Below the pieces are notes generated by a model. The model saw only the letters and a list, made by a program, of their open reading frames with translations. It was not told the DNA's origin and did not search any database. A DNA stretch of 64,000 nt from the human T2T-CHM13v2.0 reference genome, Homo sapiens. The translations under genes were made by a program, and so were the position numbers. The stretch lies in NCBI RefSeq assembly GCF_009914755.1, contig NC_060928.1; one strand, given 5' to 3'. Below, piece after piece: positions 1 to 12,989 of this stretch; the stretch's first letter is position 1, and each line of letters opens with the position of its first letter.

Positions 1-2041
1 CCTTTATAAATTACCAGACTCAGGCAGTTTCTTATAGTGATATGAAAACAGACCAATACAGTAAATTAATACTGCAGAGAGTGGGGTGCTGCCATAAAGA
101 CACTTGAAAATGAGGAAGCAAATTTCGAACTGGGTAACAGGCAGAGATTGAAACAGTTTGGAGAGCTCAGAATAACACAGGAACATGTGATAAAGTTTGG
201 AACTTCCTGGAGACTTGTTGAATGGCTTTGACAAAAATGCTGATAGTGATAAGGACAATGAAGTCCAAGCTGAGCTGGTCTCTGATGGAAGTGAGAAACT
301 TGTTGGGAACTGGAATAAAGGTGACTCTTGCTATGCTTTCACAAAGAGACTGGTGGCACTTTGCTGCTGCTCTAGACATCTGTGGGACATTAAACTTGAG
401 AGAGATGATTTAGGGTATCTGGAGAAAGAAATTTCTAAGCAGCAAACCTTTCAAGATATGACTTGGGTGCTCTTAAAAGCATTCAGTTTTCTGCATTCAC
501 AAAGAAAGGATTTGGACTTGGAACTTACGATTTAAAGGAAAGCAGAGCATAACAGTTTGAAAAATATGCAGCCTGACAATGTAATAGAAAAGCAAAACCC
601 ATTTTCTGAAGAAAAATTCAAGCCATAATTTTGCATAAGTATTCAGGAGCCAAATGTTAATTGCCAAGACAATGGAGAAAATGTCTCCAGGGCATGTCAG
701 AGGTCTTCACAGCAGCTCTTCCCATCACAGGTCCTGAGGTGTAGGAGAGAAAAATGGTTTCCTTGGCTGGGCCCAGGATCTTGCTGCTTTGTGCAGACTC
801 AGGACTTGCTGACCTGCATCCCTGCCTTGGCTAAAAGGGGCCAATGTACAGCTCAGGCAATTGCTTCAGAGAATGCAAGCCCCAAGCCTTGGCAGCTTAC
901 ATGTGATGTTGGGTCTGACGGTGCACAGAAGTCAAGAATTGAGATTTGGGAACCTCCACTAAGATTTCGGAGGATGTATGGAAATGCCTGGATTTTCAGA
1001 CAGAAGTTTGCTGCAGGAGTGGAGCCCTCATGGATAACCTCTACAAGGGTTCTGCCAGTGTGAAAGGGAACTGTGGGGTCAGAGCTGCCACACAGAGTCC
1101 CCACTGGGTCACTACCTAGTGAAGCTGTGAGAAGATGGCCACTCCTCCAGACCCCAGAATGGTAGATCCTTTGACAGTTTGCACTGGCCCCCTGGAAAAG
1201 CCACAGACACTCAATAGCAGCCCATGTAAGCAGCTGAGAATAGGGCTGTACCCTGCAAAGCCACAGGGCAGTGCTGCCTGAAACCACAGGAACCCACTTC
1301 TTACATCAGTATGACCTGGATGTGAGACATGGAGTCAAAGGAGATCATTTTGGAGCTTTAAGATTTGATTGCCCCACTGGATTTTGGACAAAAATGGAGC
1401 CTGCAGCCTTTGTTCTGGCCAATTTCTCCCATTTGGAATGGTAACATTTATTTGATTCCTGTACTATCATTGTATCTAGGAAGTATCTAATTTGTTTTTG
1501 ATTTTACAGGCTCACAGGTAGAAGGGACTTGCCTTGTCTAAGATAAGACTTTAAACTTGGACTTTTGGGTTAATGCTGGAATGAGTTAAGACTTTGGGGA
1601 CTGTTCAGAAGGTATGCTTGGTTTTGAAATGTGAAAGGGACATGAGATTTTGGAAGGGCCAGGGGTGGAATGATATGGTTAGGCTTTGTGGCTCCACCAA
1701 AATCTCATTTTGAATTATAATCCCATAATCCCCATGTGTCAAGGGAAAGACCAGGTGAAGGTAATTGGATCATGGAGGCAATTTCTCTCCTCTCATGATA
1801 ATAAGTGAGTTCTCATGAGATCTGATGGTTTTATAAGGGACTCTTTTCACTTTGCTCAGCACTTCTCCTTCCTGCCACCTTGTGAAGAAGGTGCCTTGCG
1901 TCCCCTTTGCCTTCTGCCATGATTGTAAGTTTCCTGAATCCTCCCCGGCCATGCTGGACTGTGAGTCAATTAAACCACTTTCCTTTTTAAATTACCCAGT
2001 CTCAAGCAGTTCTTTATATAGTATGAAAGTGGACTAATATA
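1..2041 (+). mobile_element. ERVL-MaLR provirus (THE1D/MST-like): end of 5' LTR (1-60), internal region (61-1670), 3' LTR (1671-2041)
   Basis: LTR end ...gaccaataca at 60; typical THE1-int text (gaactgggtaacaggcagag, ctgatagtgat..gacaatgaagtccaagctgag); polypurine tract ggaagggccaggggtggaa before a TG-starting LTR tgatatggtt...ggactaatata. Confidence 0.93.
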
Positions 2042-2069
2042 GAAGGGCTACAAGAGTGGCAAGGACACA

Positions 2070-2330
2070 AACATGGAGACCAATTGTGGTTATTGCAATA
2101 TTTCAGACAGGTGATAATTGTTTAGACAAGAGTAATAGCAATGGGATGTGGAGAGAAGTGAATCTTTATTAAGGTTAGAGACGATGTGATTTAGTAGAAG
2201 GTATGAGAAAAAATAGGGAACCAAAGATGTCTCAGGCTTTTGTCCTGTGCACCTAGAATGAAATTGCGGCATTAACTGAATAAAGAAAGTCTGTGGATAG
2301 AGCAGGTTTTGGAACCAGATGGGAGCACTC
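2070..2330 (-). mobile_element. L2 fragment
   Basis: Degenerate match to the antisense L2 body (ttattgcaatatttcagacaggtgataat...caaagatgtctcaggcttt). Confidence 0.5.
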
Positions 2331-2803
2331 TCTGTATACCCTATTTCCAGTCTTTCAGAGCCTCTATACAACTCCTTTAATACCAACCTATGATGTCAGA
2401 CACTCTATTCCTATCACAATCCCAGTTAGATAATCTGAAAAATTAACTTTTGAGAACTCCATAGACAAAAACAAATTTATCTTGATAACCTCTGTCACCT
2501 GAGGATAAAATATGTCTTCATAAAGTCCATAACAACCACAGATCTTTTACTAAATGAACAGTGTAAAAAGTAAACATCTTACGTCAATGACCAAGGAAAC
2601 ATAGAACTGTAATAAGTTGTATGGTTTTGGAAAATTTGAATCTCAAACAGATCTTGAAATCACACCATGTGTATAGTCACCCACCTTGAACTTCAGCAAG
2701 GCCAACAAAATTGACTTACACTTCAGGCACTGAAGCTGTAGTATTTTAGGGCCTGTGGCTATATTAAGAGTGCAAATCAATGCTCTTACTTATTGTAAAA
2801 TCT

Positions 2804-3105
2804 GGGCTGGTTATGGGGACCCTTAGTCTTTATACTTTAGAAAGCTGAGGCAGGAGGATCACTTGAGGGCAGGAGTTCAACACCAGCCTGGGCAACATAG
2901 CAAACTGCCCAACTTTTAAAAAATCTTTAAAAAATTAACCAGGTATGGTGATACACACCTGTAGTCCTAGCTACTCAGAAGGCTGATGTGGGAGGATCAC
3001 TTGAGCCCAGGAGTTCAAGGTTACAGTGAGCTATGATTGCACCACTGCACTCCAGCCTGGGCAACAGAGTGAGACTCACTCTCTGAAAAAAAAAATAATA
3101 ATAAT
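2804..3105 (+). mobile_element. AluJ (Jo-like)
   Basis: Dimeric Alu, ggaggatcacttgag in both arms, agctatgattgcaccactgcac, A-tail; short TSD taaaatc. Confidence 0.92.
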
Positions 3106-4121
3106 AAAATCAGAAAAATAACACGATTAGACTGGACTCCATTCATCTTTATACCAAAACAATAATACAACTCAGCTTTAGAAATGCATCTATTTATTGG
3201 AAGAAAGAGCACACAAATGCAAAAATGCTGGGCCCAAAAAATTCATAATGAGTCCCAGAGGGCCATGTTGGATTTTAATGTAGTCCATACTACAACATGC
3301 TGGAATTATTGAGTTAATGCTTTTGCATCAAAAACACAACTCTATCATCAGAGATCTGAAACTCTGTATTTCAAACCACACCTTCAGAGGAATACTTGTT
3401 TATAAAGACAGTATGCTTGTTTGCTGAATATTGTCTATTAACTCTTGATAGCAATGTACTATGTGCTCCACACTAACTAAATCTTTGGAAATGAAACATT
3501 CAAGAAGTACAGAAAAACTTAGTAAAATTTCCCTCTGTCACAAACCAATGTGTTTCTCTTTTTAAATAAAATTCTTCTTGGACATTGTCTTTTAAGTGTT
3601 TAAAATTGCAAACATAATTCAATAATCAAGGGAAATGATTGCAGAAATGTCCTGGATTGAGGCAATTTAAAGCAGCAGGTAAATTTAATCCCGTATCAGA
3701 TACTCCACAGGGTTGACAAACCTGTATTTTACTCACCCCGAGGAGTCTGAAAAGAATTGATGGACAAGTGAAAAACAAAATGAAATGGCAGTGCCAAATC
3801 TCTTTCTTTTTGCACAGTGAACCAAAAAAGATTTTGGATTGATTAAAAAAGGCTGGCTACTCTTCACTCAGAGCTGTAACACTTAGGTGAAAATGAATAA
3901 TAAGCCTAGAACAAAAAATAAGCTATTCCACACTCTTCTGACGCATTGATAACTACCTCTTTTTTTGTTTTTTTGAACTTTGTTTTCCTTTTTTTGTCTG
4001 GTTGTTAGTGTATGTATCTGGCAGAATCAAGAATTAAGGCTTATATCCATTGGATAAGCTTTAAAAAAATGTTTGGCAATGAATTTTCTAATGATAAAAT
4101 GTCCTTGAACTCTCATTTCAG

Positions 4122-4181
4122 GTGCCCAGGAAGTCCTGGAACTGAGTCCTGGGGCAAGGTTCTGGAAGTTGGGACAAGAAG
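4122..4181 (+). other. Candidate 60-nt internal exon (lncRNA or unknown transcript)
   Basis: Branch-like CTAAT 4088-4092, acceptor tctcatttcag|, donor AAG|GTAAGA; GC-richer than flanks; no transcript evidence. Confidence 0.3.
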
Positions 4182-5185
4182 GTAAGAGTGTGTTGAGACT
4201 GCTGTGTTAATAATGAGGAGTGTGGTTGAGATATTTGTGAAGTATCAATGTCCAAAACCAAAGAGGGGAACAGCAAAGAGAGTCATTGCAAATTTGCACA
4301 AATGTCCAAGTTGCTGAGCAAAAGGTAGAAGCCAATTTAAAGCTAAGATACTCTGGCTGGAGCCTGCAGGAAGACATACATGCCTTATGTATAAATTGCC
4401 ATCTAAACTGAGAGAGCCCACAAATATCCCTCAGAGCCATGCATTCATTCTACACTTGTTCCTTCTATTCCTTCCTCTTCTTTTCTCCCCATTTCCCTCT
4501 GTAAAAGGCAGTATTACTTCATGAATAACAAAGTTGACAGCTAACGAATTGTAACCCAAGTTCTGACATTTACTGGCCTTGTGTCGTTAAATAACCACCA
4601 TAAACTTCTCACTATAGCTTCATTTGTTAAACAGGCACGTGAGGAGTAAACACCTTACAAATTTATTTTAAAGTTTAAATTTGATCATTTGTTATTAGCA
4701 TAGAATTCTTTTCTTTTTTTTTAGGAATCCAGGTCTTATTCTGTGGCTTGACACAATAGAGATGATGAGTAAATATTAATTGCTTTTTTGTTACTGTTGT
4801 GCTCTGTGACTGGATGAAGCCATATTGACTTAAATACAGAATATTTAAAGTCTTTAAAGTTTTATTTCATGTAGGAATTAACCTTTGATTCTTTACTTCC
4901 CTCAAATTCCCCATTTAACGATTTTTGAACTCACTAATATTTATCAGAAGTAAAATTGTAAATTCCAATGACTAAATTTACTAGTCAGTCCTGAGATGTA
5001 ATATATAACTTTAAAAATATTTACCATGTTTTTCTGTCATCTAGTTTATTATATTTAAAGTCTTTTCACTTTAGCAATACGTAGTTTAAGCAGCTGATTT
5101 TACAGAACCTGAGAGTAAGCCAACATTATAACAAATGTCTCAAAATAGCTGAACTGATATTTCAGGTCATTAAAAAATAACATTT

Positions 5186-5485
5186 GGCTGGGCGTGGTGG
5201 TTCACCCCTGTAATCCCAGCACTTTGGGAAGCCAAGGTGGGTGGATCACAAGGTCAGGAGTTGGAGACTAGCCTGACCAACATGGCGAAATCCCATCTCT
5301 ACTAAAAATACAAAAATTAGCCAGGCATGGTGGCGGGCGTCTGTAATCCCAGCTACTCGGGAGGCTGAGGCAGGAGAATCTCTTGAACCTGGGAGGCAGA
5401 GGCAGTGAGCCAAGATGTGCCATTGCACTCCAGCCTGGGCAACAAGAGCAAAACTCCATCCCAGAAAAGAAAAAAAATAATAATA
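5186..5485 (+). mobile_element. AluS (Sq/Sg-like)
   Basis: Full dimer ggctgggcgtggtgg...caacaagagcaaaactcc, A-tail, TSD-like aataacattt/aataatattt. Confidence 0.95.
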
Positions 5486-6009
5486 ATATTTTCAGATGAA
5501 CACCAAGCAGGCTAATAACAATATGACCCAATCAGTATGGTTAAATTAAAAAATCTATCATTAAAAAACATCACTCTGAAATACTTGTAGTATTGCTATA
5601 GGGGTATCTATTTCTTCTATAATTCAATTTTTATGCTTTTGTTCATTAAAAACTTTAGAACTCAAAATTTTCAATGGAAATAAGATAAAATGTTTTGTCT
5701 TGTTGCTTAACTGCACATAAACAGAGGAAGATCTGACAAACAAAATGCAATGTGCCATTCAAATACAATAAGCTTAAAACAGAAAACGATGCTGGGCCAT
5801 AGATGCCTCTCTATATTGTTTCCTTCCTTGTAGCTACTGCTTAGCATTTTCCTTCTATGTCTGTAACTGTCATTAGAATTTAAGTCTGCTACATTTGTCT
5901 TGGCATTCTCTCTTGCACACTCCACTTAGCTTTCTTTCTTACAGTTCCTGGCACCAGTACACCCCAACAAGTGTGTTATGGAAGCATGAATTATTGCAAT
6001 GCTTTTGAT

Positions 6010-6112
6010 CCTATTTATTGAGAACCAACTATGTGCAGGCAGTGATTTAAGAGCTGGGGCATAAGACAAAGAACAAAACAGACCAAACCCCTGCTCTCAA
6101 TGTGCTTATATG
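6010..6112 (-). mobile_element. L2 3' end
   Basis: tatttattgagaaccaactatgtgcaggcagtg...aacaaaacagaccaaacccctgctctca, the antisense L2 tail motif. Confidence 0.7.
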
Positions 6113-6826
6113 ATCATAATGAGGGAGTTGTGGCATTTGCAATGCCAGGTGGCATCCACCCATGAATGAGATTCACAAGCCTAAGTGTAAGGGGACGTCT
6201 CTCATGAAGCCCTGGGTTGCTGGGAACCCTGGGGATTATCTCTGCAATGGGCAAAACAAATCCTTATTGCACTGCTCCTCTTCTACATACAGAGTATTCT
6301 GGGAGAAAAAGCACAAATGCCCAGAAATTCAATTTAGATGCCCGAAAGGAAAAAAAAATACAAAAAACTTTAAATTTCAGAGCTTCTACCCTATTTATGC
6401 AGAGTTAAGGACAGGGTGCTGATATAACAGGGGGTTGTTGATATCATCCATTTTTTTGAAAACTGACGGCAAATAAAATTTAAAATCTATAAGAATTATT
6501 TTTACTGCACAGGCTGGCCTCAAAAATTAGTGTAGAAAAGAAGGATAAGGAAAAGAATTAAAATGACTCTGCATGGTAATGTGAAATATGTACTCAATTT
6601 GCAGACTGTGGTAATGCCTGTGAATTATGTGACCTTTGGGAAAATGGTTCTCCTTTTTCTATTGTTTCACAGGATATTTGGAGAGTATATGTAAATGAGA
6701 ATGAGTGTGCATATGAGTGTTTGCAGTCGTGCTTTGCACAATACATCAAAAGTTACTAGGAAAAAAAAGAATAAAGAAACATACATTCATCTCGCACTGG
6801 CCACAAGACTTAAATAAGACTGGACC

Positions 6827-6861
6827 TATTTTAGTCAGTGTTCTCCAGAGAAACAGAATCA

Positions 6862-6911
<50 letters not shown>

Positions 6912-7386
6912 ATATATATATCTCTTATTGGTTTTCTCTTTCTCTGAATCTCTCCCTCTCGCTCTCTTTCAATCTGAAGTTGGCAAGCTGATGATCCATG
7001 AGAGCTGGTGTGTAGTTCCAGTCCAAATCTGAAGGGTTGAGAACCAGGAGAGCCTATGCTTAAGTTCAAGTCTGAAAAGCACCAGATTCAAGACCCAAGA
7101 AGAGTACATGTTTCAATCCAAGTTAGAAGGCCAGAAAAGACTGATGTTCAGCAAAGCAGTCAGGCAGAAAGGGTTTCCGCTCATGCAGCCTTTTTGTTCT
7201 ATTCAGGCCTTCAATTGACTTAATGAGCCCTAGCCACATTGGGAGGGGCAATCCGGTTTACTCTGTGTATTAATTCAAAGGTGAACTCAACCGGGAATAC
7301 CCTCACACACACTCAGAATAATATTTGGCCAGATGTCTGGGTGCCCTGTGACCCAGTCAAGTTGAAACGCCAAACTAGCCATCAGA
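6827..7386 (-). mobile_element. MLT2B-type ERVL solo LTR
   Basis: ttagtcagtgttctccagagaaacagaa...ccagtcaagttgaaacgccaaactagccatca matches the reverse complement of MLT2; flanks share gacc. Confidence 0.88.
6864..6909. repeat. (GT)23 microsatellite inside the MLT2 LTR
   Basis: Perfect GT repeat followed by a short (TA)n. Confidence 0.97.
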
Positions 7387-8299
7387 GACCCACTCTTTGA
7401 GTGTTCTGATAAAGCCCTTTCAGGTATTCAAGAAGAATTTCTCAAAAACCAGACACTATGCTCTGTGAGTTACTATATGCCATTGTCCAGGCAAGGAAGT
7501 GGTTGAGATCCTAAAGGGATACCGGGTTCTGTGCATAGAGGGTGAGGTGCTCAAAAGAGGGGGAAGGGGATGGGGGAATTTGCAATATAATGGACTATAG
7601 GAATGCCAGCTTTCTCTCTTTCTTTCTGTGTTTTTTTTTCTTCCTGCTACCCCCACGTATCAGTCACTCCTTCATAATATAGCAGAAAATTGTATTAAAA
7701 AATAGTGCTAGGTCTCCCCTCTGCTCTTTCTCTATGTTTCTGTTACAATCTTTCTGCTATCCACACACATCGGTCATGTATTAGTGGCGTAGCAGAAAAT
7801 TATGAGACTGAGGTATAGGAATGTGTGACCTTCATGTATCACCTCTTTGCTGAGGCCAGTATCGTTATAGCTGCATCTGGTCAAAGGAGGATGGTGGTCC
7901 GGACATTCCTGGGGAGGTTCTGGTACTGCCGACAGGATGTAAAGCAGTGGGGAAGAGACTGATCAACAGGGAACCTGGCAGCACTATGGAATGTCTCTGG
8001 AGAAGGTGTTACATAAACCTAAAAATAGGAATAAAAAGGTAAACCAAAATAGGCATATGTGTATATGTAGGTTGGGGTAAGGAGAGATAGACATTTGAAT
8101 TCATTTTGATAGTCCACTGGCTTGTTGTAAAATAATTTGTACTTGGCCCGTTCCCAAAACTTCTCTGACAGCAAAAAATGCCCAGTTCATGTTTATCTAG
8201 ACAAAGGCTGAATCTGTGTCTGTGGATTTACTTCTATCTGCACAGTGGGTGCACTCTCAAAATGCAGATAAAAAAAGGATATACAAAACCCTTCTTTCT

Positions 8300-8386
8300 G
8301 CAGTGAGCCGAGATCGCGCCACTGCACTCCAGCCTGGGCGACAGAGGGAGACTCCGTCTCAAGAAAAACAAACAAACAAAACAAAA
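8300..8386 (+). mobile_element. Severely 5'-truncated young Alu (AluY-like) with TSD
   Basis: gcagtgagccgagatcgcgccactgcactccagcctgggcgacaga with CpGs intact; TSD aaaacccttctttct (8285-8299) / aaaaccccttctttct (8387-8402). Confidence 0.92.
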
Positions 8387-8559
8387 AAAACCCCTTCTTT
8401 CTTTAAAAGCATGGATTCTTATCCTGTTTTTAATTCTCCTACAGAGCTTAGCTCCATCAGTTAGTACAGTACCTGTACCATAACATACACTAAATAAATC
8501 TTTCTGGGAGAAATGCATGAAGGTGTGGTGCCAGGGGCTACCATGATTTACATCTTATC

Positions 8560-8853
<294 letters not shown>

Positions 8854-9729
8854 TACATCTTAGTCTTTTAAGAAAATCATATTATCAATGCCTTTGCAAA
8901 GAAAAATAATACTGTTTGATTTGGATTTATTTGTCTAATCTGTCCTTCATGAATATCTGGATATTTTAGAGGAAAACAGTCCAGACGGAAGGAGTAAATA
9001 AGTTATTTTCCTCTGAGCACAACGCACATCTCATTCTAAATATACTTGATTTTTAGCCACGGTTTCCAGATTTTCATTTATCTTTACTTAAATTCAAGTG
9101 TGTGACTGAACGCTAAAGGTCACTTTATTTACCAAAACCAAAATGTCAACAAATAAGCATTCTCTTTCCTGCCTCTTCAAATCAGCATGCACAAAACATC
9201 ACACAATGCTGTAAAACCGTCTCCACAGAGATATTAAATGAAAGTATTAATCCATACAAAATATGTTAATTCCTCATCTACTTAGCCCACAGGAACAGAA
9301 AGGATAATGTGTCAGGAATCAAAAACCTTGCATACTAAATAATCCTTTCATAAATCTTACTAAGCAGGAATCCCTGGGAATAATTGTAGTAATTCAGGGC
9401 CAATCTGGCCAGGAAAGAGAACACGTGGGTTGTGAGGCTGTGGAACCCGAAATACCTGTTCTCACTGTAGTCAAACTGCTTTAACTGTCTGGTCTTTATA
9501 TTTTACCACCTGTAAAAGTGGCAATAAAACTTACCTTAAGAATGATTGATCTAAAGTAGAATAGGACCGCTGGAAATGATGTGATTTGGGTAGCCTACAA
9601 AAGCTAAAAAATATAAGCTGCAATCACCTATTGAATTTGATATCGATGATGATGTGCTTATGATAACTGTGGACATGGACTCTCTTGATGAATTTTCTGG
9701 TTCCCCTCTGATATGTGCACACTGTGAAA

Positions 9730-9850
9730 CATTAATTCATTCTGCCATTCAGGAACTGCTTTTTGATACCCTGTAATGTATCAGACAATAGGGTAAATGT
9801 TGTGCAAAATAATGATAAACTGTTACAACTTTAATTATTATAGACAGAAT
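9730..9850 (-). mobile_element. L2 3' fragment
   Basis: attcattc...tttttgataccctgtaatgtatcagacaat, degenerate L2 tail. Confidence 0.45.
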
Positions 9851-10397
9851 CTGTGTTTGACATTGAGAAATCAATGAGAAATTATATTAACATGAGATTA
9901 CTGTTGTGTTAAAAAGCAAAGGGGGTTTGGGGACCACATAGGAGGTACACTGAACTCTGGTATCCAGGAGGAAATTTTCCAGTAGAAGAGATTGGCTGTT
10001 ACAGTGTTTGTCGCTGGTGTTGTTAGAACTCAGGGTACAAATCTTAGAGAAAGTTTCTAAGTAAAGGTTCAAGTGTAACCTCCATTTCTCTGGCTTTTAT
10101 GGAAGTTAGTAACAAAAACTCTTCTATAATGTGGCTTTTAAAAGCATTCTGAAAAAATGTGCATAAAAATAGGGCTTTTGGCGAAAATGTTAATAGGATT
10201 GGTATAGGTGACTCCCAACCTGATACAAACAAAATGATAATGAAACAATTGCAATCCACATCAAAATACTAGCACAAAGAAAACACGCTAAATCCTATAG
10301 AAACAAACAAACAAACTACTCTGAAAAATATAGGACTTTGCCTTAAAAAGAAAAGGGAAAAGCAGCTTGACAAAATGGAGTCAAGAAGAGTTGAGGT

Positions 10398-10408
10398 TGC
10401 TGAGTCAT
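10398..10408 (+). promoter_or_regulatory. ARE/MARE motif TGCTGAGTCAT (NFE2L2/BACH-sMAF, contains AP-1)
   Basis: Exact 11-bp consensus in non-repeat DNA; function untested. Confidence 0.35.
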
Positions 10409-11119
10409 GGGGACAAGGTCAAAATGCAGGCAAATCAGGAAAACGACTCCCCAAACAGAACAGGTGGTCAATTGGAGTCACAGGAGAAGAATGGGCACGA
10501 GGTACAGGCCTGTTTTCCTCAATGGCTTGCTGGGCTCAGCTGATATTACACAAAAATTAACTGGCTGGGAAAAATCACATTTGAGCTAATATGACTTGTC
10601 CATTATGCTAACATAAGCCCCCTGTTTATCAAGCACATGGGAGCTTATTCACACTGCAAAAACTCACATTGAAGCAGAAGAGACTGTTGAGATATTTATT
10701 GAAATGTGATGACGTTCGATTCTGTGGAATTCTGCTCTGGGGCACATTTTCTTGCTTCCCACAGTTCCTGGTACATTGTACAACCTTATTAAATATTTCT
10801 TAACCAACTGCCCCCTTGAATACGTTTAAATTCCAATAGTCCTCAGAGGTATCATGAAGGAAGCTGGTCTCACTATGCACAATTCCTTAGCTCGCCTGCA
10901 AATGGTGTGTCTATCCTTTGCACTCTCTCAGCCACTTTTCACTCCTTTCCTGGGAAAGGATGTAAGTTATCTAATTTTAAGGGCACGTTTTTAGAAGAAA
11001 TCTGGGGACCAATTAGTTTTGCTTAATTGGGCACTGTTTTCATACCTAAATATGCAATTTCATGAAATTGTAAAAAGCAAACAGTGGACTAAGTTTTTGT
11101 ATGTTCAATTAAAAAAAGG

Positions 11120-11240
11120 GGAAAATGTTGAACCTCAGGAAGGTAAAGTATTTTGCCCAATGACACTCAGCTAATAGTCGTTAGAGTTAGAATATGAATC
11201 CAGGGGTGTCTTTCTCTGACATTTATACTCTTTCCCCTAG
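11120..11240 (-). mobile_element. MIR fragment
   Basis: gaacctcaggaaggtaaagtattttgcccaatgacactcagctaatag...gaatccagg core motif. Confidence 0.65.
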
Positions 11241-11792
11241 GTTTGTCAGTGATATATGATGGCAATAAAAGTTTTATTCACTTCAATGTCAATGTATTGC
11301 CTTTTAGAAATCAAAGTCTTACTCTAAAGTAACAAAGATCTGTGTTAGATTTTAATCATCATCTACAGTTTGAGAAGGAGGAATGGTGTTCTTATAATAC
11401 TTCAGTTTCTTAAATTTCTTATCCATGGTCCCACTTCAAACAATCTCTGGGAAAAAGCTGTTTAGGGCCTTCTCTTTCAATGGACTCTCTCGCCATGCAG
11501 GCCTGAGCTCTACTCATAAATAGAGCTGCTAAAACTTCTTATAGAAACAGAAATGGCTTATCTCAGTTTGTAAGAGCTTTAAGAAATCTTGAAGAGCTTT
11601 TAGATCCTATTTAGTTTAGTTTGTTTTTATAAACATCCTGGAAGTTTCTGTAGTACTTTTTTTCAGTTACAGAGGATATATTGAAAAGGATCAATTTGCT
11701 GTTTAGTACAGTATAACTCTTAGCTCATGAAGAATCTGAATAACCTCATTTCTCTTGCATGCAAACACAAAAGAAACCTACTCTATGTGGAG

Positions 11793-12153
11793 CGCTATGG
11801 ACTGAATATTTGTGTCCCTCAAAACTCATACTTTGAAATCTTAACTCCCAAGGTGATGGTATAGGGAGGTAAAGCTCTTGGGAGATTAGGTCATGAGAGC
11901 AGAGCTCTCATGAATAGGATCATTGTCTTTATAATACAGGCCACAGTGAGCTTCCTTGACCCTTCCAACATGTGAGGACACAGTGAAAGGGCAATCATCT
12001 ATGAACCAGAAAGCCAGCCCTCACTGGGCACCCAATCTGTCAGCACCATAATCTTGCACTTTCCAGCCTCCAGAACTGTGAGAAGTAAATTTCTGTTGTT
12101 TGTAAACCACTAGTCTATGGTACTTTGTTATAGTAGAAGAACAGACTGAGACA
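11793..12153 (+). mobile_element. MLT1A/MLT1A0 solo LTR
   Basis: gctatggactgaatatttgtgtccc...cagcctccagaactgtgaga...gactgagaca; TSD tggag/tgggg. Confidence 0.9.
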
Positions 12154-12289
12154 TGGGGGCTTCAACTCTTAAGTTCTGTCAAACTTATTGGCAAAACCTA
12201 TCTGCTTCTTATACATTGTTTGTAAAAGTCTGGCTCTATTTCCCTAATATCTCCCTTATTTACTTATAGTAACAACTTATTTTGATTTT

Positions 12290-12450
12290 AATTTATTCAT
12301 TCATTTAACTATTTTATGTGCTGAGAATATAGTGGTAAAATGCAAAACAACATGTGTTTCCTTTGTTATAGATCATATATTCTGATGATGGTGTTAATGG
12401 GAAAGTTTTGGGGAGAAATGAAAAGAAATAAATACATAGGTTAATTTCAA
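12290..12450 (-). mobile_element. L2 3' fragment
   Basis: ttattcattcattt...atgtgctgagaatatagtggtaaaa. Confidence 0.45.
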
Positions 12451-12569
12451 AAATATAAGCCAAATAATGACTAATTTAGCATATGATTAAGTGGAATAAT
12501 TAGAATCCAGTATTGTATAATCTGAAAGGGGAACACATTTTCTTGTCTAAATAACGCTGGGTACCATGG

Positions 12570-12728
12570 CTGCCAGGCTTGGTGGCTCACACCTGTAATC
12601 CCAGGCCTTTGGACAATAGAGGTGGGAAGATGGCTTGAGTCTAGGGGTTGGAGACTGCAGTGAGCTATGGCTTCATCACTGCACTCCAGCATGGGGGACA
12701 TAGTGAGACCCCAACTCTAAAAATAAAT
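12570..12728 (+). mobile_element. Monomeric Alu (FRAM/FAM-like)
   Basis: Single arm containing gctgcagtgagctatg...cactgcactccagc and a short A tail. Confidence 0.85.
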
Positions 12729-12989
12729 TAGCAAATCATAAATATCAACAATTTTGAAAATATTGTACATGCTCAAAGACAATTTATTTGATTAGCCCTT
12801 ACTAGAGCTTTCTTCTTAGAAGAGAAGAGTTCTCAGGAAATGGGGCATATGGTGATTGTTTTAAAGGGTATAGGGGCTACAAACTATCAGCTTAAATGCT
12901 GGGGTCCTCCATGGATTAGTGCTGAAATGAAGAAACTTCCTTTGGCCATCTTGGTGGGCCCTACCACAGGGCTATAGTCTTATGGCATC

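Noticed and set aside
197-1287. ORFs of 90-144 aa, and similar ones at 24295-26560
   Set aside because: Fragments of decayed MaLR internal sequence; the same peptide text recurs in the three copies and is broken by stops
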